Below are positions 1 through 7,415 of a stretch of 7,415 bases of DNA, piece by piece. The notes under the pieces were generated by a model. That model did not search any database, was not told the origin of the DNA, and was given only the letters and a program-made list of their open reading frames with translations. Both the position numbers and the translations under genes were made by a program. The stretch is taken from the NCBI RefSeq assembly GCF_000142905.1, contig NW_013657581.1:1-7415 (forward strand). The letters run 5' to 3'. Every line of letters starts with the position of its first letter. The stretch's first letter is position 1. The stretch comes from Thecamonas trahens ATCC 50062 (Eukaryota; Protista; Apusomonadida).

Positions 1-3000
1 CGGTCTGCTGGTGTGGTTGTGGGTGTGGGTGTGGGTGGGTGGGTGTGGCGGGTGGCGGGTGGCGGGTGGCGGGTGGCGGGTGGCGGGTGGCGCGAGGACC
101 TGCAGCCGGCAACCGATGACGACATCTACGGCACGGTGACGGAGGGCATTCGTGGCTCATCGATATTTGCCAGTGAGCGTATTTTCGAGACGGCGGTGGA
201 CATCGACTGCGATGGGCGGCGGGATGTGGCGGCGCACTCGCGGTACGGCATGACTTTCCTCCCGTCGTCATCGCCGTTTACTCGCCAGTATCCCTCGACG
301 GCTGGCGTGCCAGTGGACGGCGTGGCGCAGTTTGAGCCGGCGGATGATGGCATGAAGCTGAGCGGATGCATAGCGGCGGAGATGGGCCCGGCGGGCATGC
401 AGGCGGATACGTGGGCAACGCCGGTGTATGTTTCTCCGGGAGCAACTGGAATGCTGTCGTCGAGTGTGAGCGACGCGTGGGCTGGAGACTTGAACGGCGA
501 TGGAGTGCCCGAGTTTGTGACGGCCGAGAATCCCGGGATCAAGGTGATGACCGGGAGCACGACGCGGCGATGGCCCAAGTACATGGGCGAGGTGGTGATG
601 AAGGCTGGAGCGACGGCACTCTCAAACACGGAGCAGCGATTCTTCATCGCCGACATGGACAACGACGGCGACAACGACGTTGTTTGGTGGGCGTACGCGA
701 CGTCGTCATCGTACTACCATGAGGTTGTGTGGTTTGCCAACTATGGCAACGGCACGCTTGATGAGACGCCGCGGCTCATTGCGCCGTACTTGTCGACGTA
801 TCCGCGGGCCATTGATGTGGCGGACGTCAACGGCGACGGGTGGCCTGACGTGGTTCTGCAGCGGATGAGCGGGGCAACTGAGGTGTGGCATACGACCGGG
901 CCAGGAGTGTTTGGCGCGAGCGCGGTGATGCTCACACCCTCGCAGGTGCGCTCGTCGTACCTGCAGTTTTTCGACTATGATGCGGACGGCGACCTGGACG
1001 TGCTGCTAGAGGCCAACGTGGACGACACGCTTGTGGTGTACGTTAACTCGGCTGGGCCTGGGGCCAACTTTGCGCTTGGGACGATGGTCGCACTCGGTAA
1101 CCGAGACAATCTCAACTCGATTGCGATTGCGGACCTGGACAACGATGGCGACGATGATGTGGTGTACACCCTCTACGAGCTGGACTTGGTTGTCATTCTC
1201 CGCAACGAGGGTGGCGGGAGCTTTGTGCCCGAAGACACGGTGACGATTGACGGGCCGCACAACATCCGGCTGGGCGACATCAACAATGACACGTATCCGG
1301 ACGTGTGCGGCAAGGTCCGCAGCAACCGGTTCTTCTGTGCGCTGTACAATCCGAGCAGCGGACTCGCTGGATCGTACGACGAGTATGTGCTGATGCAGTC
1401 GGGCTGGGGCGTGTACCCGACGACATTTGAGCTGGTGGATATGGATGGCGACGGAATGCTTGACCTAGTGGCACAGCCGACTGGCAGGGAAGGCGAGGCA
1501 GTGACGAGCGCGGTTGTGTACTACCGCAACCAGTGGCCGGAGCTTGCATTTGTGTACGACCGCAATCGACCGATCCCGATTGTCGGTGGGAGTCTTGGGC
1601 GGGGCGGGAGGCGGTCGTTCGGCGACCTCGATGGCGACGGAGTGCCGGATTTTGTGGTTGTCCACCCGCACATCCACCGGTTTGCGGTGGCAGTGTACGT
1701 GACAGCTGGGCCGGGAACGCGGACGGGCGGGCCCGGCATGCTGGCGTATGACGGCGGCCAGGCTGAGCTTGTGGCGACAGCTACTGACCAGGTCATCCAT
1801 CTCGCCGTCGACGATTTTGACAGCGACGGCGACTACGATGTGGTGTACGCGACATATGTGGGTAATACCGGCAAGTCGACGGTAGAGTATGCGAAGAACG
1901 CGTATGGCGGAACGCCTGGTGCGCCTGTGGCGTTTGGGACTGCAGTCGTGCTAGGCGAGTCGCAGGCCTTTCGCGAGGTCCCGACTCAGCTGGTTGTCGT
2001 TGATGCAGATGGCGATGGCAACGCGCGTGAGGTTGTTGTTGGCTGGCGGTCGCTGCAATCGTTTGGCAACAACGTGTATGGGTTCATCACGCTGTACGAG
2101 GTGGATGACTGGACCAGCGCTAGCGCAAGCGCCGTGGCGACCGTCATTGCTGACGACCTTCCTGCGACGAGCGGACTGGCAGCAGTGGACATGGACCTCG
2201 ACGGGAGTCTTGATCTTGTGGTGACTCGGGAATTGCAGTTGTTCGCGCTGCTGAGTCTCGGCAGGCCACTGCGCGAGCTGCCAACGGCGGGGCGGCGGCT
2301 GTTCCTTGGCGAGATCCAGACGGGGCGGTCGTCGAACCAGATTGATCTTGCGGTGGCGTCGCTCAACCCGGGCGAGGATAGCGAGCTGGACATTGTGGCG
2401 CTGGTGAGCGGGCTGGAGCCTGTTGTCATGATGGGCCTGCCAGGCAACGCGAGTGCACCGGTGCGGGTGAAGGATCACACGGCAATGCCGATGGCGGGCA
2501 TCGGCGGGAGCTCCTTTGCGCTCACCGACTACGACAGTGATGGGTTTGTGGACGTGGTGCTTGCTGCTGGCTCGTTTGTTTGGATGCCGAACCTCGGGTA
2601 TGCAGGTGCTGTCAAGGGCTATGACGAGGTTGCGTACGAAGCGATATACCAAATCGACTCGTCGACGGTGGCGGACTTTGACCGCGACTCGCAGCTCGAC
2701 TTTGTTGTGTTTGACGGGAATGGGGTTGATACCGGCGAGTTGAAGCTGTTTGTGGACGGCCCGCTCTTTGCGAGCCCGCTGGTCATCGACGTGTCGGCCG
2801 CCGGCAGTCACATGAAGTGTATGGTGGCTACAGACGTGGACCTGGACGGGCTGGTAGACATTATTTTTTCGACGGCGGATCCGGCAAACGTGGTCGGCTG
2901 GCTCCCGAACGCCGGCGTTGCGCCTTTCTTTACCAGTGAGACTCTGGTGGAGATTGTCAACACCACGGATGTGCTCGACGACGCGCTGGACTTTGACGCA

Positions 3001-6000
3001 GCTATGTTGGACGACGACGCGTATGTGGATGTGATTGCGTTGGGCCGTGACAGCCTCAACCTGGTGTTCATCCGCGGTAGCGCAGAGTCGCCGACGCGGT
3101 TTGAGAACGAGGTGGAGATCGCGAGCTGGACGACGGCGGTGTGCAATAACCCGTTGCGAATGGAACTTGGCGACGCGACAGGCGACGGTTTGCAGGACGT
3201 GATTGTGGCATGCCACTCGAACGGTGCTGTGGTGTTCTTTGCATCCGAGCCCGTGGCTGAGTTGTCGGACGCGCCGTGGGCGGTATCGTCACCCGAGGTA
3301 CTTGTGGCACGCGGTGGCTCGTACAACGCTTACGATGTGATCTTTGCTGACCTCAACGGCGATTCTCTGCTTGATGTGGTGTACACTGTCGATGACTATA
3401 GCCCCGGCCCGGTGTCGTACTTTATCAACGTCGGCAACGAGACGCATCCGCTATGGCCAGCCCTGCAGGACCGGCACTATCCGGACGACTGGGCGACGTT
3501 TGACCGACTTGACGGCTACCAGTGCCGATATGGACGGGCGTTGCAGGTTATCGACCTTGATATGGATGGGTACGACGACATTCTTGTCGGCTGCTCGACA
3601 GCTCGGACACCGGTCCTGCTCAACCAGACACCGCGTCTGCCCGCGAGCGCGTTCAACGACACGGATACAGGAGTTGGCGCTAGCCGATTGGTTGCAGCGA
3701 CTCGGTGGTACCAGCAGGGCTCCACCAGCCGCCGCGGCTACATGGACCGCATTGCCGTGGCTGACGTCGATGCCGATGGCTTCCCGGACTGGCTCACGTC
3801 GTCTGAACACACCTCGAGCGAGCGGGCGGTGTACTCGGGGACAAACTCGGTGTGGCAGACGCCGCGGCCGCCTACGACGTTCCGGGTCGAGGTTGAGCGA
3901 TGCGGGTACACGATGACGTGTGTGGCGGCGTCGGTGACGCGATGGGTCGGGCAGTGCAACGGCGACACGGTCCTGCTTCCGGCCGGGCGGTACACCGGAT
4001 GCTGGCGCGATGTGCCGTACACGGTGGCCAAGTCTGTGCGACTTCTAGGCGAGGGCCCAGGCGCGGTGCTTGACTGCACGGCCGGCGAGCGGAGCGACGA
4101 CGACGGTGCGCTGCTGTTCCGTGTGGAAGGGAGCACGACGGTGCTGAAAATGGAGAACATGATTGTGCTCGGAGCGCGGACGAACAAGGCTGTGTTTGGC
4201 GGCGGCAGCATCGAAGTTGTGGGCGGACGGCTGGAGCTTGTGTCTGTGACTGTGACCAACTCGACAGCGGTGACGGCGAACCAGCTGTCTGTGGCGTCGC
4301 CTGTGATTGGGTTTGGCGGAGCGGTGCTGCTTCGCGACGGCGGGTCGCTGGTGGCACGCGACAGCGCGTTTGTGTCGAACACTGCGGAGCATTCTGGCGG
4401 AGCGATTGCGGCGGTGGGGCGCGACGTGAGCGTTGTGTTTGAGCGGGTGCGGTGCGTGAACAACCATGCGCTTGTGTCTGGCGGGTGCCTGTTCCTCGAG
4501 TCTGCAGACGGGACGTCGTTCCTGGAGATTGTAGAGTCTGTGGTGGAGGACAACGAGGCTGTGGGCCGGTCTGCGGCGATTGCGTATCCGCGGCGCGGCG
4601 GCGGCGGAGCTGTGATTGCGCTTGCGGGCAGCTTTAACGTGAGCGTGCAGCGGAGCACGATTTCGCGCAACGTGGCGCTTGAGAACGGCGGCGGGCTGTT
4701 CCTGCGGGCGTCCGGCGAGGGCCGAATTTCGGCCGAGTTTGGGACGCTGGGCGGCGGGAACGAGTCTGTGGTGTCGGACAACACGGCGCTCGGCGGGAGC
4801 GGCGGTGGGCTGCACGCGGTGTCGCTGGAGAACGGCGAGACGCGGATTGTGCTCGGAAGCGAGGCGATTGTGACGGCGAACTCTGCGAGCGGAAGCGGCG
4901 GCGGGATCGCGGCCGAGGCTGAGCGAGCGAGCCGTTTGGCGCGAGCGGCGGCGGCGGTGGTGGCGAGCGGCGCAGTTGTGAGCTCGAACGCTGCTGACGT
5001 GCACGGCGGAGGCGTGGCCGGAAGTGGGCGTGGGGCGGACGGCCAGCTGACAGGCAGCACGCTGGCGGAGAACCGGGCGCGGCGGATCGGCGGAGCGGTG
5101 AGCGCGATCGGCGGCGGGCGGATGGTTGTCGATGGCTGCGTTGTCCGCGACAACGAGGCGGCGTTTGGCGGGGTGGGCGGAGCGACGTCCGGGGTCGACT
5201 ACCTTGCCGGGACGGCGACGAAGAACGGCCAGGCGATCGAGGCATCGTCGGCGTCGCTGGAGGCGCTGCTGATTGAGGACGAAGTTACGCTTGGCGAAGG
5301 AAGTCTGTACAGCTGCGCGGAGCGCGGCGGGGTGTTTGTGCGCTCGAGCGTGCTGATGCGGAACTCTGCGGTGCACGGGAGCGTGGGCTTTGGGTGTGGG
5401 TCGCGGGTGAGCGTGGAGGGGACGGGAAGCGGGTTTGAGTTTGACGTGTCCGCCAAGCCGAACGGCAACGACGTGGGCTCTGGACTGTTCTTCAGCTGCC
5501 TGCCTGAGGGCGGGCTGTGTGGGATGGCGGGCGATCCGTGCTGTCTGGCCGAGTCGCCTGCGGAGCTGCGCGGGCTGCCGTGGGCGAGCGCGTCGAGCGG
5601 GATGCTTGGGGCGTTCAACCAGAGCCTGGACAAGGTGCAGAGCGTGGTCGGATACGGGGCGATGGCGGCGATGCCTGTGGTGTCGCTGCAGTGGATGGCG
5701 GGTCTGCCGGAGCTTGTGTCGTCGGGAGCGCCGTTTGGGAGCGGGTACGGAGTGGTGACTGGTCGGGACGCGCTCGGACAAGTGGTTGTTGACCCGCAGC
5801 TGATGCTCTCGATGGAGTTTGAGGACGGGGCAAAGGAGGCCGAGTTTGCGTTTGTGGGCTCTGGGCGGCAGCAGCTGATGACCGATGCCGAGCTGTCGTT
5901 TGGCGGAGTAGGGATTGCAGCGCGGAGCGGGGCCGAGGTGGGAGTGCCGATTGCGGTGCAGATTGCGGTTGCGCAGTCTGCGATTCCACTGGAGCTTGTG

Positions 6001-7415
6001 CCGGATGCGATTGTGCGCGACTCTGTGGTTGTGCAGGCGTGCCTGCCGGGGTCTGGAGCGATTATCAGGCCGGGCTCGACTGTGCTCGAGTGCACGCTGT
6101 GCGCCGAGGGCACGTTCTCGAATGCGACGTCGCTCGAGCCGTGCAAGATCTGCCCGGCGTCGACGGTGCTGACTGGGCAAGGGGCAACCGAGTGTCTGGC
6201 GTGCCCGGAGAACGCGCAGGTCATTCCCGGGTTTGTGCCCGAGCCTGGACTCGGACTCAACTGCTCGTGCATTCCCGGGTTCTGGACGGCGACGGGACAG
6301 ATCAATGTGGGGTGCGAGGCGTGTCCGGAGGGGGCCAAGTGCGACGGCGGGCAGTCGTTGCCTGTGGCACGGCCTGGGTTTTTCCCGACGGAGGATCCTG
6401 GGGTGTTCCTGGAGTGCCCGAACGCCGGGGCGTGCAAGGGCGGGTTCCCGTTCCGGTGCACGGAGGGGTACACCGGACAGCTGTGCGGAGCGTGCGATCG
6501 CGGGTACTATGCGCTGAGCGGATCGTGCTACAAGTGTGACAACCGGACGCTGCCTATTTTCGCGGTGGTGTTTGTGCTCGCGGTGTGCTTTGTGGGCCTG
6601 CTCGTGTGGCTCAACGCCAAGGAGGAGCTGAGCTACCGGTTTGCGGCTGTGATGATCGGGTTCAACTCGCTGCAGATCAGCGCGATGTACGGGCAGTTTG
6701 AGCTGCCGTGGTCGAACTTTGCGTCGCAGTTTTTCAACGTGGTCTCGTTCTTCAACCTCAACTTTGACCTGAGCTCGCCCGAGTGTGCGACGGTGACGGA
6801 CGATGTGTGGCTGCTCAAGTGGTGGATGACGGTGAGTCTGCCGCTGCTGTTTGTTGTACCGTTTGCGATTGTGTATTGCAGCGTGATGGTGAACAAGCAC
6901 CACCTTGCGCCGCGGCTGGGGCATGTGGTGCTGATTACGGGTGGAGCGCTGCGCGACGCGTGCCGGCGTGCGTACCTGCAGCTGATGGTGCTGCTGTACC
7001 TGCCGCTTGCGGCGATGGCGATGAGCTACCTGCAGTGCCGGCGCGACAAGGACGGGCGGTGGGTGCTCGAGGCTGCACCGGCGAAGAGCTGCTACGGGAC
7101 GTGGTACTGGAACTACTTTGGAGTTGCGGTTGTGTTCTGCGTGGTGTACTGCCTGGGGCTGCCGTCGCTTGTGTTCTACCTGCTGACGCGGGTGCGGAGC
7201 GTGGCGGATCCTGTGCTGTTCAGTCTGCGGTACGCGTTCCTTGTGGGGCGGTTCTCGCCGGCCAACTACCGGTTCGAGGTGTGGATTATGGCGCGCAAGG
7301 TGAGCGTGGTGATGGCGATGACGTTTTTCCGTCCGCCGATGACCAAGGCGAACGTGGCGCTGTTTGCGCTTGTGGTGTCTATGTGCCAGCTGGTGCGGTT
7401 CCTGCCGTACGACAC
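1..7415 (+). CDS. Giant cell-surface receptor/adhesin-like polytopic membrane protein (FG-GAP beta-propellers + Pmp-like beta-helix + Cys-rich GCC2/GCC3 repeats + multi-TM domain); partial, open at the 3' end and probably at the 5' end
   Basis: Frame +1 translated by hand has no stop from 1 to 7413. It reads ...EDLQPATDDDIYGTVTEGIRGSSIFASERIFETAVDIDCDGRRDVAAHS... through to ...VALFALVVSMCQLVRFLPYD at the window end. Recognisable domains follow in logical order in this one frame, and codon third positions are GC-biased. The first in-frame ATG (250) lies after the first FG-GAP motif (199), so the true start is probably upstream of the window. Whether bases 1-105 are coding is uncertain. Confidence 0.95.
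10..46 (+). repeat. G/T-only microsatellite: (GTGGGT)x3 at 19-36 overlapping (GGGT)x3 at 33-44
   Basis: Read directly from the sequence. It is contiguous with the heptamer repeat, and positions 1-94 contain no A at all. Confidence 0.9.
47..92 (+). repeat. Perfect heptanucleotide tandem repeat (GGCGGGT)x6 plus partial GGCG
   Basis: Units at 47-53, 54-60, 61-67, 68-74, 75-81 and 82-88, then GGCG at 89-92. Confidence 0.97.
181..3850 (+). other. FG-GAP/VCBS-like (integrin-alpha N-terminal-like) beta-propeller repeat region, about 21 calcium-blade motifs
   Basis: Motif starts: 199 DIDCDGRRD, 487 DLNGDGVPE, 652 DMDNDGDND, 823 DVNGDGWPD, 973 DYDADGDLD, 1132 DLDNDGDDD, 1276 DINNDTYPD, 1438 DMDGDGMLD, 1624 DLDGDGVPD, 1813 DFDSDGDYD, 2002 DADGDGNARE, 2188 DMDLDGSLD, 2359 SLNPGEDSELD (degenerate), 2527 DYDSDGFVD, 2674 DFDRDSQLD, 2833 DVDLDGLVD, 3004 MLDDDAYVD (degenerate), 3172 DATGDGLQD, 3349 DLNGDSLLD, 3553 DLDMDGYDD, 3763 DVDADGFPD. 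Spacing is mostly 48-70 aa. Motifs are followed by a hydrophobic strand and often a 'W/Y-x-x-N-x-G' strand. Confidence 0.93.
3880..5400 (+). other. Right-handed parallel beta-helix (pectin lyase fold; Chlamydia polymorphic membrane protein-like GGA[IV]/xxxNxA repeats)
   Basis: Typical N-terminal cap GDTVLLPAGRYTGC...KSVRLLGEGPGAVLDC (3961-4077). Recurrent coils follow: GGSI 4201, GGAV 4315, FVSNTA..GGAI 4369/4396, CVNNHA..GGCL 4480, VEDNEA..GGAV 4603, ISRNVA..GGGL 4687, VSDNTA..GGGL 4801, VTANSA..GGGI 4897, VSSNAA..GGGV 5005, LAENRA..GGAV 5089, VRDNEA.FGGV 5167, LMRNSAVHGSV ~5353-5385. Confidence 0.88.
5640..6036 (+). other. Probable Ig-like/beta-sandwich spacer domain
   Basis: About 130 aa rich in alternating hydrophobic beta-strand patterns, containing 'VVTGRDALGQVV' (a D-x-x-G-Q/N turn often seen in Ig-like stalks before Cys-rich repeats). 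It ends in 'SVVVQAC'. The fold is inferred. Confidence 0.45.
6040..6537 (+). other. Cys-rich GCC2/GCC3 (ephrin-receptor-like / growth-factor-receptor Cys-rich) repeats and juxtamembrane Cys module
   Basis: CLPGS...ECTLCAEGTFSNATSLEPCKICPAST...GATECLACPENA...NCSCIPGFW...GCEACPEGAKCDGG...PGFF...ECPNAGACKGG...CTEGYTGQLCGACDRGYY...CYKC. I count 19 Cys in 166 aa with CxxCPxG periodicity. Confidence 0.9.
6550..7415 (+). other. Polytopic alpha-helical membrane domain (at least 7 hydrophobic segments, truncated by the window end), GPCR-related/TRP-like type
   Basis: Hydrophobic segments at ~6550-6612 (LPIFAVVFVLAVCFVGLLVWL), ~6640-6690, ~6805-6891, ~6970-7032, ~7117-7185, ~7273-7329 and ~7354-7395. 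Motifs LQI...LPW, FNLN...PEC, LLYLP...QC, L-x-A-x-P-xxx-CY, GLP, RYAFLVGRF...YRFEVWIMARK and a terminal PY match my recollection of the protist 'G protein-coupled receptor-related' (PTHR11319-like)/fungal Flc-Pkd2 TRP-like module. Confidence 0.8.

Noticed and set aside
10-46. TG1-3-like sequence resembling a yeast telomere
   Set aside because: It is short, grades into a different C-containing heptamer and directly abuts coding sequence. There is no TTAGGG-type array.
250-252. First in-frame ATG as the start codon
   Set aside because: It falls after the first FG-GAP motif and is not followed by a signal peptide (MTFLPSSSPFTRQ), so the real start is more likely upstream of the window.
1849-1881. 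Walker A-like 'ATYVGNTGKST'
   Set aside because: The spacing does not fit [AG]-x4-GK[ST] because Y occupies the first position. It sits in a propeller blade loop of a predicted extracellular region.
199-3790. EF-hand, CRISPR-like or DNA-level repeat interpretation of the recurring GAC-rich motifs
   Set aside because: The motifs are flanked by beta-strands rather than helices, and they are conserved only at the protein level with variable codons. There are no identical DNA direct repeats with spacers.
3738-6473. Minus-strand ORFs 3738..5153 and 5199..6473, and the other short ORFs on both strands
   Set aside because: They are S/T/P/A- or R/W/C-rich translations typical of alternative frames of a GC-rich gene, and all lie wholly inside the well-supported frame +1 CDS.
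181-6612. Bona fide integrin alpha or ephrin receptor kinase
   Set aside because: There are too many blades, no single TM followed by GFFKR, and no kinase after TM1; the protein is polytopic. No gene symbol was assigned.
4045-6924. 959-aa minus-strand ORF (also 1951..3216, 421 aa)
   Set aside because: These are in exact codon register with the sense gene. They stay open because the sense gene rarely uses CTA/TCA/TTA, and both end at sense CTA codons (4045, 1951). The products are R/H/P/Q-rich with no domain, so they are antisense shadow ORFs.
3880-7415. Bacterial Pmp/autotransporter or Tc/Rhs toxin assignment
   Set aside because: The C-terminus consists of Cys-rich repeats and alpha-helical TM segments, not a beta-barrel, and there are no YD/RHS core motifs.

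Overview
The whole window is one uninterrupted + strand reading frame (frame +1, codons 1..7413, 2471 codons, no stop). The supplied ORF track misses it because it has no stop inside the window; the listed ORFs look like shadow ORFs of this GC-rich gene. My manual translation gives a giant modular cell-surface membrane protein. From N to C: a G/T-rich low-complexity 5' stretch with a 7-bp tandem repeat (1-94); about 21 FG-GAP/VCBS-type Ca2+-binding blades (DxDxDGxxD, ~180-3850, possibly three stacked 7-bladed beta-propellers); a pectin-lyase-fold/Chlamydia Pmp-like right-handed beta-helix (~3880-5400); a probable Ig-like spacer (~5640-6036); GCC2/GCC3 (ephrin-receptor-like) Cys-rich repeats (6040-6537); and a polytopic alpha-helical membrane domain with at least 7 hydrophobic segments (6550-end). 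The membrane domain resembles, by motif recall, the poorly characterised GPCR-related/TRP-like (fungal Flc/Pkd2-like) membrane modules of protists. The architecture, disulfide-rich ectodomain and N-glycosylation sequons point to a GC-rich, intron-poor microbial eukaryote. An apusomonad such as Thecamonas is a guess only. I saw no RNA genes, mobile elements or CRISPR arrays. All family assignments come from motif recognition, not database searches.
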